Source of the DNA: Candidatus Poribacteria bacterium
GTDB lineage: Bacteria; Poribacteria; WGA-4E; PCPOR2b
Assembly: GCA_965215015.1 (NCBI GenBank)
Contig: OZ244042.1
Coordinates: forward strand, 1,952,001-2,016,000
Direction of reading: 5' to 3'
DNA length: 64,000 bases
The notes under the pieces were generated by a model, which was not told where the DNA came from, made no database searches, and saw nothing but the letters and a program-made list of their open reading frames with translations. The number at the start of each line of letters is the position of its first letter. Within the stretch, counting starts at the first letter, position 1. Made by a program: the position numbers and the translations under genes. Positions 11,601 through 19,800 of the stretch are shown one piece after another.

Positions 11601-11923
11601 AGGAAATTGAATTTCGCATCCATAAAATTCTTCAGTTGCTCAGAGCGATGAACTACCCTAACCCATTCAACAGAGAGACCGAAATCACCTGTGAACTGAC
11701 CGGTGCCGCCGATGAAATGATAGTCAAAATTTACAGTCTATCGGGGCGGTTAATCCGTGAATTCACTGAACCGGCGCGAGCTGGGTTCACGATGATACCT
11801 TGGGATGGACGGGACAGAGATGGCGATGAGGTTGCCAACGGCGTGTACTACTGCAAGATTCGTGTTAAGAGGACGGGGGAGAAAGACCTGACAGAATACA
11901 TCAAGATGATGAAGTTAAAATAA
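5648..11923 (+). CDS. C25 family (gingipain/PorU-like) cysteine peptidase with propeptide, Ig-like modules and a FlgD-Ig/T9SS-type C-terminal sorting domain
   Basis: AGNPRLPV propeptide; ADYLIITH, MGDG.YD, IGRL, catalytic YAGHGG and LSCYNG, LFGDP; C-terminal NYPNPF...IYSLSGRLIR...WDGRD..G..VANGVY; GGAGG at 5633-5637. Confidence 0.9.
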   Translation: MNRQISNSTEAGIDCTDNSAMPGLWASYLLPFVYTLCCFYLLDTWTLDAHATASAKTDQNGITVEFNLPKLEISTVKRNGVRYQAVSFEGSGFTSKAGNPRLPVSRIMLGVPPNVKFHVEILRATTEIRSGYRIPPVPHKVPKLRSDSPASPFHSENFQTIEEEWREDGPAYQSASDYPKTVAQVVYDGYIRSQRVLYLELHPIRYQPKSRILRIHSHMTVRVHFVHQGADNRFQSTTTSPSQFATTEPASFERMYQNVLLNYDAAKHWRVPTTNANAPPVLNPDHSIGAGPAGQEQANRKRYKILVDKTGIYRLTSEDLRRTWGIDLSGIDPRLLHLRTSNREVPIYIHGEEDGRFDRGDFIEFLGVDANNRYTRWNVYWLGAEGTRGTRVSEIHASPDDSTAKLVPGFRSKIYFEEDHLHNNLRHVHPSDVSPDDKHRWFEALDFWYWTGVKNLADANEVDLEFPLYDLTQSFDQPSIRVTLQGGTPTDHEVLVSINNIRIDEVKWPSQKVATIGKTLRVWNNLRDATKGEKNVITLARIDTTEEENTTAFPHHVYINSFEVEYTRLLKAVNDSLEFTTPASIDPYNARRQRRLEYTVQTFLSPEVAIFEHDGEVLISKLQNLKIERVDLDRVERNRLREIYRLNAETDTANQPSLQDIPRVAYNATFQVRDAHDAKYIAVSSAGVRQPVRVQAAMPSDLLSPTNSADYLIITHPIFLEPSKRLAQWRSTQKGGGYRTKVVDVTQIYDIFSNGMVNPQAIKDFLTYAYKNWQPPALSYLTIMGDGTYDYRGIDKEIYPEPPEVAGYIPTHYIWTISFGKTSVDHWYTTINGVDELPDFYIGRLSVETLEEAENVVDKLINYDDKRPNGNWRRRIISVADDEINNSGDEIFKRSLTATSKNQALLGYETVPIYLEDVIDMVEANKAAYPNLPQRVAKDMIIDAMGDGAVIAQYAGHGGRIVWAHEAIFDNRAVDQVDQTDHLPFMLVLSCYNGYFDAPGEPSMAEKMLRQDKSGIIAMLSATRLTYGSGNDALNSIIFDMIFERNIRQLGPISFDSKIEQLIQDGRGQLNVMLEYTLFGDPAMNLAMADYEVQADIETKTVTSGQLLKIAPGQIGEVTYNPTMREKQFTPTSNFNGKIYAKAVFPGTYSNVEGEEGTLKVYSGDVAVAQEATVVNGKFPGLSLPVPKGISAGQGHIKFYAESATHIAASGSSFAVLVPKILDIQPELVPSSPGSEPSQFRIFAQISDELNEQGIKSVILEWRDPVKRESFTETMLRDTSRGTGWYTTPKPLPLPANRASIRYEIVVIDIDNRYVTSGRRTYRPLTFPDLRVILGRSFANDSLIYYGYSREDGAWTINADIEQIEDIELKENIEVAFFEGNPDLDGDGVVDFGAKLLGKTQIPPSAWQRRNPVEPHKNVLRNSAETDSLRRPRALRDRPLNTNWIATATLKHELPIGNHEIFVYVDPAFNSNELPYAKLREGDEKDNIESRLIQVQSVLIGKKDQRVFSQDAAIDFRVPARAVPQLAVFTITPLNSQQQPKPVNPSSLIPVALPNGEDTAAYSAVLDIASLNQMPLQQPITAQLRFDRLALKEAIKQELGLEEISDPAPDQIVTIDEGAEEIAKEIGMYLWVDVLKNWARLDSELVTESDGSMQTQSTLANISASNHGDGDIHAVPIDPAAVRAGKWVLLFTSSGTYRLLISQEEKSLELVDSNRLVDPSSQAPSVFRDGVAIGIRSGENDFQFGDVLTFQIFETASSGSDTTFYASGFREQNIGRGSIQYIRLEESSLILPDQWVILFIDSQHFQIEGEKNGALARNGQPLHGKVGTEFLYPEFGLRLKISAGEREFEAGDSFRFKTKETGRIRAEVPMLGTLTLMQSNDTIPPDLQLTIGKQNFIDGDPVSSEPFIQATLTDDNGIDYITRPVHLEISRDNQQFTPISEAEYRLSNVSGSNQVSLNYQSPHIEPGTYRIRLSASDLEGNSSDEEIEFRIHKILQLLRAMNYPNPFNRETEITCELTGAADEMIVKIYSLSGRLIREFTEPARAGFTMIPWDGRDRDGDEVANGVYYCKIRVKRTGEKDLTEYIKMMKLK

Positions 11924-12046
11924 CCCAGGTTGCTAGTAGTAGATATACTCCGTATGCCCGAACCTGTAGGTCGGGCATCTTGCCCGACCATAGCCCCAGC
12001 GGGCTAACATGTGTGTAGTATTATAAAAAACTAGCGACTTGAGTTA
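11921..12046. mobile_element. MITE-like element (TIR TAACYCARGTTGCTA) carrying GTAG-REP hairpins
   Basis: TAACCCAGGTTGCTAG at 11921 and CTAGCGACTTGAGTTA ending ~12046; internal GTAGGTCGGGCATCTTGCCCGAC. Confidence 0.6.
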
Positions 12047-12066
12047 AAGTAGAGTAAGACTATACG

Positions 12067-13080
12067 ATGATCAGATTCAGTTCAATTTTTATTCTCATCC
12101 TTCTCTGCTACCCCACCGTTGCCTTTGCCGCGGAAAAGTATGCAGGCGACTTTTTGACACTCGGCGTCGGTGCACGACCGTTGGGACTGGGCGGAAGTTT
12201 TGCAGCCATCGCGGACGATTCCACCGCGGCTTATTGGAATCCCGCTGGACTTGGGCGGTTGCGCCATTCCGAAGCAGCTTTCATGCACTCAAGTCTTGGG
12301 GACTTGGATAGTTACGATTTCGTCAACTATGTTCACCCAATCGGTGGAACTGCATCAATCGGATTGAGTTGGCTACGAGTGGGAATTGATGACATCCCGA
12401 TCACAGCACTCCCACGCCCCGCGAATCCGGTCAGCCCAGCCAATCGGCCTGAACAGATTGGAACTTTTAGCAGCACCGACAACGCCTTCTTCCTCTCCTA
12501 CGGCAGGCAGGTTGGATTCAACCTAGGGGCAAAACGGATGAACCTGTTCCTTGGTGGAAATGCCAAATTAATCTACATCACTGCACTGGGCAACACCAAT
12601 GCGCTTGGTGTCGGTGGAGACCTGGGACTCCTTTATGCGACATCTCCCGAAAAATCTCGCCGATTATCAATTGGTATCGTCGCACAGGACTTTTTCAGGA
12701 CAAAGTTGTACTGGAATACACCACCAGAAAATCCAGGCGAAGCCTCCAATACAGACACAATCGAACCTAACCTGAAAATCGGCCTTTCTTACCGCCAAGC
12801 ACTTAAGCCGTTAAACAGCCATTTGTTATTCACAGCGGATACTGATAGCCTGTACTCCTTTGAAATGCACTACGGTGCAGAATACGTTTTTGCAGAGCTC
12901 CTCTCATTAAGGATTGGTATTCAAGAGCGAAAAGGCATTAATACCAGCCGTCTAATGACGGCCGGCGCAGGGCTACGGCTTTCTTTTCTTAGCGGTGCCG
13001 CTTTCTCCGTTGATTACGCCTTCTTGGGGAACAGCGAACTGGGTAATAGCAATCGGATTTCTCTGATGACGCGGTTCTGA
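12067..13080 (+). CDS. PorV/PorQ-like outer membrane beta-barrel protein
   Basis: Signal peptide; FLTLGVGARPLGLGGSF.AIADD..A.YWNPAGL signature; VDYAF...ELG.SNRISL..RF C-terminus. Confidence 0.88.
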   Translation: MIRFSSIFILILLCYPTVAFAAEKYAGDFLTLGVGARPLGLGGSFAAIADDSTAAYWNPAGLGRLRHSEAAFMHSSLGDLDSYDFVNYVHPIGGTASIGLSWLRVGIDDIPITALPRPANPVSPANRPEQIGTFSSTDNAFFLSYGRQVGFNLGAKRMNLFLGGNAKLIYITALGNTNALGVGGDLGLLYATSPEKSRRLSIGIVAQDFFRTKLYWNTPPENPGEASNTDTIEPNLKIGLSYRQALKPLNSHLLFTADTDSLYSFEMHYGAEYVFAELLSLRIGIQERKGINTSRLMTAGAGLRLSFLSGAAFSVDYAFLGNSELGNSNRISLMTRF

Positions 13081-13096
13081 TTGATTCATTCGTGCT

Positions 13097-13320
13097 TAGG
13101 AGTTACGCACTTGAGTGTGTCGTAACGCCCTTCAACCCGTGTCACGATAGCCAATAAGGTGCTAACTGGCGCCGCCCAATCCATTGGGCGGGCGTTGAGA
13201 GGCGTGCCTCATCGAATCTGTAATGGGGGTGCAGAGCCTGCCCTCGCTGAAATTGACTTTCGGTGTCGAGATATCAATATAGACCTACAAAGCGTCGAGG
13301 GTTCAACTGCGTAAGACCTA
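13097..13320. mobile_element. MITE-like element with TIR TAGGA(G/C)TTACGCA
   Basis: TAGGAGTTACGCA (13097-13109) and TGCGTAAGACCTA (13308-13320); related ends at ~5338/5428 and ~55591. Confidence 0.65.
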
Positions 13321-13394
13321 AGTACATTGAATTCATTAATGTACTAATGAACTTTAGGACCGAGGGTGTATTTTTTTCCATTTTTTGGCAAACG

Positions 13395-13403
13395 TGATAT
13401 AAT
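13395..13403 (+). promoter_or_regulatory. Extended -10 promoter (TGnTATAAT) for the putative ncRNA
   Basis: TGATATAAT immediately upstream of the structured RNA candidate. Confidence 0.55.
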
Positions 13404-13407
13404 TCTA

Positions 13408-13550
13408 CTTGCTGGTGCAGCGAGGAGCAGCCTTAATACGAACCGGATTAGCCAGTGCTTGTATCCCGATTTATCGAGGGCACCGTCAACTGGCAATCGC
13501 ACAATTCCAAAGGGCCATGCTTCAGCTTTGGAAATATGCCACCTGGAAAT
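13408..13550 (+). ncRNA. Putative 6S RNA-like structured RNA
   Basis: Rod fold by eye: GGAGCA-GCC pairs with GGC-TGCTTC, A-rich central bubble (TTAATACGAACC / CACAATTCCAAA), GATT-GCCAGT pairs with ACTGGC-AATC; no covariance search run. Confidence 0.45.
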
Positions 13551-13607
13551 AGAGGAAGCGAGGAAACACACCCGATCCCACGCTTCAATTAACCAATGAA
13601 CCTCTGA

Positions 13608-14375
13608 ATGAATGAACCAATGAACCAACAACGGTCCCCCAGCTTTTTCACCCTCCTCACTCTTATCCTCAGTATGGGGCTGATCTGCTCAAGCCACTCC
13701 AATCTGGGGAGTGATGATGATAGTGACCTTTTCACCTTTGTGAGGCTAAAATACACAGGGGACAGTTGGTTCGGTAACGGTTGGGATGTTGATTTACCTG
13801 CCTCTGATCGAAATTTTATCCGAAAGCTCGCGCAGGCGACCAACATTCCCGTTGCCCGCCGCGAAAAAATTATCTCTGTCGGTTCCCCCGCCCTTTTCAA
13901 CTATCCCTTTGCTTACATCTTGGAAGTTGGCACACTCAACCTGAGCAACGCGGAGGCCGCCAATCTCCGTGAATATCTATTACGCGGCGGCTTTATCATG
14001 GTTGACGACTTTCACGGTGGACAGGAATGGCGCCATTTTTATCGCCAATTCAAGAAAATTTTCCCTCAGCGCGAACCTGAAGACATCCCCATGACCCACC
14101 CTTTATTCCACTGTTTTTTTGATATTGACACGCTTGTTCAGATTCCCGGTCTGAGATCCCTATTCAATGGACGAACCTACGAGCGACGGGACGGCTACCC
14201 CGCCTATTGTCGCGGCGTTTACGATGCACACGGGCGCTTAATGATGATGATTAATTTCAACACCGATATAGGGGATGCGTGGGAACATGCAGCGGAAGAC
14301 TTCTATCCACGCGAACTCTCTGATATGGCTTACCGCATGGGAATCAACGCCGTGGTCTATGCGTTGACGCATTAG
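13608..14375 (+). CDS. DUF4159 domain-containing exported protein
   Basis: FTFVRLKY..W.VDLP.SD, LREYLLRGGFIMVDDF, HPLFHCFFDI, NTDIGDAWE, MGINAVVYALTH; start may be 13620. Confidence 0.85.
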   Translation: MNEPMNQQRSPSFFTLLTLILSMGLICSSHSNLGSDDDSDLFTFVRLKYTGDSWFGNGWDVDLPASDRNFIRKLAQATNIPVARREKIISVGSPALFNYPFAYILEVGTLNLSNAEAANLREYLLRGGFIMVDDFHGGQEWRHFYRQFKKIFPQREPEDIPMTHPLFHCFFDIDTLVQIPGLRSLFNGRTYERRDGYPAYCRGVYDAHGRLMMMINFNTDIGDAWEHAAEDFYPRELSDMAYRMGINAVVYALTH

Positions 14376-14376
14376 C

Positions 14377-14808
14377 GTGAACGTAGAGCGGCCGAAAATG
14401 GGAAGGGGTAACATATGGTTTACGTCCCTTGAGCCACTATCATCTATTATAGGGACGAAAGAACATATAACCTCTCAAGATGCAAAGCAATCCGTTATAG
14501 AAAAAGAGTCTCCGTTTCCAGATCGAGATCCGTGGTCGGTCTATCACAACAAGATAGTTGACTTGACAATTGACACCTTTAGAAAGGCAGGTGCTCCAAT
14601 GACCCCGGAAAGTCGAGCAGACGTTCGGGCACAGCTTGCCGCCCAGCACGAAGCCCTCCGAGCATCAGGGGAGCCGATGCCGGCGGTGCCAAAATCTTTG
14701 GAAGTCATAAAAAAAGTGTTAAGTTCAAGAGGTAAACTGCATGAAGGACCGCAGACAGTTCGGAATTCAGAGCGTTCTGAGGAGGATGATGTGCCGCCGA
14801 CACAGTAG
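14377..14808 (+). pseudogene. Internally deleted relic of the secreted family at 33541-36704
   Basis: Keeps DPWxxY, GPQTV and the terminal P.TQ* of those paralogs; lacks the signal anchor and ~300 aa of core. Confidence 0.55.
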
Positions 14809-14859
14809 GGCATCTTTTATTAACTACCGCTTTTTACTTACTTTCCCATTTGCCGAATA

Positions 14860-16818
14860 TTAGAATTTTCCAAAAACGCGCACGAAGGTTTCCATGAAGT
14901 TATCATCGTTCGCGTCCGTGTTGGCGCGTTGATCGATGTATTGCGCGCCGATGTGTAGAAACAGCTCTTTTTCGTAGGCGACAAAGCTTTTTTCCATCTC
15001 AGCCAGAAGAGCTTGACGAATAAAATCGTTTCCATCCTCAAGCATATCATTGAAGAATAGAACCTGCCCGCCTCCAGTGATTTTGATGGTCTTGGTGAAC
15101 TGGTAAACAACTTTGAGAATAAATGCAGACGCCGCGTCGCGCACATGCGCCGCTTCAATGACACGAAGTCGGATATTGCGTGAGGTCACTGCACCGTCAA
15201 TCTCCCCCACCAATGAGAGATGTTCCAAACGGTCCTCTGCCATCTGAAAACCGTTGCGAATCGTGTATTTGAACATCGGTGTAATTTCGAGCGATTTGGA
15301 TGGACGGATGCGGTAGTTTGTTTTTAGGATGCCGACTTCGTAATGTTTGTTATCCCGATCAAAATCGAGATTGTATCGTAGTTTGAGGCGTCCTGTTGTG
15401 ACCATCTGCTTAATCCCTGAATATTCCCAAGTAACCTTGGCGGTGTTGATTACGTCATCCTGCATCAACAATGGATCTTTGCGCCGTTTCTCGACCTCAA
15501 CACCACCATCTATATCAAAAAATGTCACATCCCCTCTCGCTTCCATTTGCTGCACGTCGGGTTGAGCCCGGTAGAGTTGTCCCTCCTCCCTACTCAGGAA
15601 ACCGGCGAAGTACCAAGTTTCATCGGGAATACGGTCCTTTACCCACTTCAATTCGTTCTCGACAATCAGAGCAGCATCCTTAGAAAGATCCCTCTTGTGA
15701 ACCAGGTTGGTGAACGCCTTTGTTGCTGTCGAGGAATAGCGAAACGCCGTATCCCTGAGGTCCTTTTCAAATTGCAAACCAATATCAAGATCTGTGGAAC
15801 TTCCACTACTACTGGTCTTCTGTTTCATCAACAGCCGCAGGCCTCGCAGGCCAACATCAAATTCGTAATTGGGGTCCTTATCGTTCTCTTCCTCGTCCCG
15901 GAGACCGTTGTTATTCTGATCTCTTTCGTCAAGGAAATCCTCATCGACATCAAAGAGCAGAATGTCATCCTCATAATCGAAGGTGCCATTGTTGTTCTTA
16001 TCAAGGTCCCCGGGAATAATTAGAGAAGGCGGATCTAGCCACGTATTATCGGTGTACCGGTCCTGATCATCGTTATCCCCGACAGACCGAGAGGCATCAA
16101 AACGGGAACCGACGCGGAACGCTTCCCCCTGAAAGATGGTATCCCCAACTGTTCGGAACGCCTTAAACACAGTTGTCGTTGCGTCAAAACGCGAACTGAG
16201 GTCCTTTCTCAATGCGCCTTTTGGCGTTGCCGCAAACTCTGCCTTTAGACCGTAGTTTGCAAAGTTAGTCTCCATATCCAGAGCCCATACCGGCGTGTCG
16301 CGGAAATACCAAGAAGCTCCTAGCTTGGACTTTCCGAATTTCGTCACTTCGCGTATGCCAATTCCAGACCCCTTGACAGCTTCTTGACCGATTACCGGAT
16401 TGAGCAGACCGGGGACCATTAAGATCATCCAATCAGTCCGTTCGGAACGCACATCCCAACGCACCCCTGAGAGGTCAATCTGATCGAAGGTAAACTTTGT
16501 AAAGGTCGTCGGCACCTCTCCCAAACTCAAGATGTTTTTGACATTGCCAGCGGTCTCCTCAATAATCATGACACTATGGAATCCACGCCGAAACACGCGG
16601 TCAAAATCGAACTCGTTCTGTCGGACCGCATCCTCCTCCGTATCTGCGAGAAAATCTCGTCTATTAGTAAAATCATATTCCACACGCCCTGACAGAAAGA
16701 GCTTACCGAATAGACTGTAGACATCCTCGCCCTCTACCGGAAAGGTCAGAGGACCGAACAGGAAGAAAACCACAAAGCCGAAGATTGAAAACTTCGCCTT
16801 TACCTGCCACTTATTCAT
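14860..16818 (-). CDS. Predicted outer membrane beta-barrel protein with an acidic DxDxN/DxNNNG Ca-binding-like insert
   Basis: Signal peptide, amphipathic strands, C-terminal FVRVFGKF; DLDKNNNGTFDYEDD and DQNNNGLRDEEEND. Confidence 0.75.
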   Translation of the reverse strand: MNKWQVKAKFSIFGFVVFFLFGPLTFPVEGEDVYSLFGKLFLSGRVEYDFTNRRDFLADTEEDAVRQNEFDFDRVFRRGFHSVMIIEETAGNVKNILSLGEVPTTFTKFTFDQIDLSGVRWDVRSERTDWMILMVPGLLNPVIGQEAVKGSGIGIREVTKFGKSKLGASWYFRDTPVWALDMETNFANYGLKAEFAATPKGALRKDLSSRFDATTTVFKAFRTVGDTIFQGEAFRVGSRFDASRSVGDNDDQDRYTDNTWLDPPSLIIPGDLDKNNNGTFDYEDDILLFDVDEDFLDERDQNNNGLRDEEENDKDPNYEFDVGLRGLRLLMKQKTSSSGSSTDLDIGLQFEKDLRDTAFRYSSTATKAFTNLVHKRDLSKDAALIVENELKWVKDRIPDETWYFAGFLSREEGQLYRAQPDVQQMEARGDVTFFDIDGGVEVEKRRKDPLLMQDDVINTAKVTWEYSGIKQMVTTGRLKLRYNLDFDRDNKHYEVGILKTNYRIRPSKSLEITPMFKYTIRNGFQMAEDRLEHLSLVGEIDGAVTSRNIRLRVIEAAHVRDAASAFILKVVYQFTKTIKITGGGQVLFFNDMLEDGNDFIRQALLAEMEKSFVAYEKELFLHIGAQYIDQRANTDANDDNFMETFVRVFGKF

Positions 16819-16861
16819 TAGCTAAATTTCCTTTTACGTCCTGCATTTCGCATTTCACCCC

Positions 16862-19800
16862 TTATATCCCATCGTGGTCAAACCGCTCAGTATAAACCGT
16901 CCATGCCCCTGTCAGGGAATCATATCGGGTCAAGCCGCCGTGCGTGCCAAACCAGAGATAGTCGCCATCGATTGCAATTGATAAGATGCCATTATGAGGA
17001 AGCCCATCGACTTTAGTGAAGGTCGTAAATTGTCCAGAGGTTTTGTCCAACATGGTAACCCCCTTGTCGAATGTACCGAACCAAACCCGATCCCCGCGAA
17101 TTGCCATTGATGTAATCAGATTCGAGCCCAAGCCATCCGCTTCCGTAAGTATCTTCCACGTTTCATTCACTGTATCGTAAACCGTTACACCGCGCCCACT
17201 TCCGAACCAGACCTGCTCCTTGTCAATGGTTATGCAACTGACCTCATCGCTCGCTAGTCCATCCTTTTGGGTAAAAGTAGTCCACATCCCCTGTCTGAGT
17301 GCATAAAGTGAGACGCCCCTTTTCGTTCCTACCCAAACACGATTGTCATCAACCGCTAGGCACCGAACATCATCATTTTTCAGACTCTTGCCGTACTTTC
17401 CTTCCACTGTTGGCAGGATCTCAATAGCAGCGTTATATGTTTCCCAAGCGTTCCGATCGTCGGAGAGAATGCTGTGCTTGCTAATACCGTTTTTCGTGCC
17501 GATCCACACATCGCTTCGATTCTCGACAACCGCTCGGATATCAACGCTCGGTAGTTGATTATCTTCCGTATAGGATTCAAACCGATCCGCGATTTTATCG
17601 TACCGACCGACGCCGCCCTCAGTTGCAATCCAAATATACCGTTTCCCAACAGATAGGTCAATGACATTATTATCGACCAGTTCATTTTTTTCCTCTTTTT
17701 GCTCATCTTCTTCTTCGGCCTCCTCTTCCTCATCCCCGTTGTCTTCCCCATCCCCTTCTGATTCTTCCTCCGATTTCTGAAAGTGCCTCCATCTGTCGTA
17801 CTGTTTATCGTATCGACTCAAGCCACGGTGTGTACCGACCCAGACGTATCGGGGATCGGTCGCAACAGCCACCGATCGTCGATCTGCCAAAGTCGTCGGT
17901 TTGGTGAAGGAGGTCCATGTTCCTTTCTCCTTATCATAGCGGCTCAAGCCCCTTGATGTGCCCACCCACACGTGTTTTGAATCAACCTTGAGCTGGTATC
18001 TCCAGACGCTATCATGAACAAGCCCATCCTCGACCGTGAAAGTTGTCCATGCACCGGACGCTCGCGAGTATTTTAGGACGCCTTTACTACCTGTGCCAAC
18101 CCAGAAACCATCGCTATCCTCCCCGACAGCCTCAACCCCCGAATCGGGGAGTCCATCATTGTGTGTGAAGGAGGTCCACGACTTGCCAATTTTATCGTAT
18201 CTGCTGATACCACTCCAACCGAAGCACCAGACGTAATCCTCGCTGACCTGTCCATACCTGTTCCAATCAACCCGCAGCCCTTTGCGTCTATCATAAATGG
18301 TCCAGGTATCGTTGGTGGGCTGATAGTAACTTACACCACTCGTTCCCCGATCACTGACCCACGAATAAGAACTGCCGCCACTGGTCCACACCCCCTCTCC
18401 GTCTGCGGCAATCCACTGACCGGACCGCGAAGCCATACCTTGCGCCTCTGTGTATGACCGCCAAGTTTTCGTCGCCCGCTCATATCTCTTGACCCCCACG
18501 CCGTTTGTGGAAAACCAGACATAATCTTTCGTACAGGCAATGTCTTCGATGTACGTCCCGGGACCCGCTTCTGTCACCTTCACTGATTCCCATTCTTTAG
18601 TTCGCTTATCATAGTGCGCCGCCACGCCCCCTAGGAAGGCAACCCAAACGCCAGTTGGTGCGTCAATCTCAATCAGCGTGGCGTGGTGTCCCGGTAGCCC
18701 GGATGACTTTGTGAAGTGAGTCCATGTATCAGATGCTTTGTTGTATTGCAGTACACCGCCATCCCCTGTGGCACACCAGACATTTTCTGCCCCCACTGCC
18801 AGCCGGGAAATTGAGGTGATAAACGGGACCTCGGAGGAGAGGGGTAGGGCGTTCTTCGTGTATTCTACCCACGTATCGGTGCGCCGATCAAATTTCAGAA
18901 TTGCACCATTTGGGGAAGCCGCCCAGTTGAGTACCCACAGGTAGTGTCCGTCTAACTCAATCCAACGTGCCGGATCTTCTCTCAGAATCTCTGTATCGCG
19001 ATAGGGCGTATGTTTCTCCCATCGATCTTCCCCCATCTCATAGACAGCAAGTCCGGCAACCGTACCGAAAAAAACCTGTTCACCCACGACAGCAATGCTC
19101 TGAACATTATCGTGCAGCAACCCTTCCGGATGCATGGTAACAACCTGTTGCACTCGGATTCCATCGGAGCGTGCAACACCCCCTGGTGTACCGATCCAGA
19201 TGGTTTCTCTGTCTACCGCAACTGTCCTAACATTCAGGTTCGGTAACCCCTCGGTGATGTGTGTTGACATTCCATCGCGAATAACCCACAATCCATTCCG
19301 TGTGCCGACTAGCAATCGGCCGTCCGGACTGAACGCAAGTGTGTTGACATAATCTGTCACCATCGGAAAAGGTTCAAATTTATCTGTCGCAGCATCTCTC
19401 CGATATAATCCTTCAGTTGTTCCCGCCCAAATTTCCTCATCAATTGCCTGCACCGCTGTTACCCACTTGCTCGTGAGGTAGGAAGGTGAGGCGCGAAAGG
19501 TGGGGCGTGACGAGGAAGGGGCCAAAGGCACCCCCATCGACGAGTTTTGTTGATTCGTTGATCTGCTGATCGTTTCAATCCCCGATTGCGGGGAAGTTGG
19601 TGAGTCTCCTATTAAGACACTCAATCCGCATTTCGTCCCGACCCAAACCTGATTGGAGAGACTGATGCAGGTAACGAAATTGTTTGCCAGCCCATTTCGC
19701 TCGGTATAGAAACGCCACCGCTCCCCTTCTAGTCTTCCCAGCCCCAAGGAGGTCCCAACCCATAGCGTTCCGTCGTTGGCATCACCCACTAAAGAGGTAA

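Noticed and set aside
13344-13631. Short ORFs on both strands in the PorV-DUF4159 gap
   Set aside because: No RBS or motifs; the region is better explained by a structured RNA and octamer repeats
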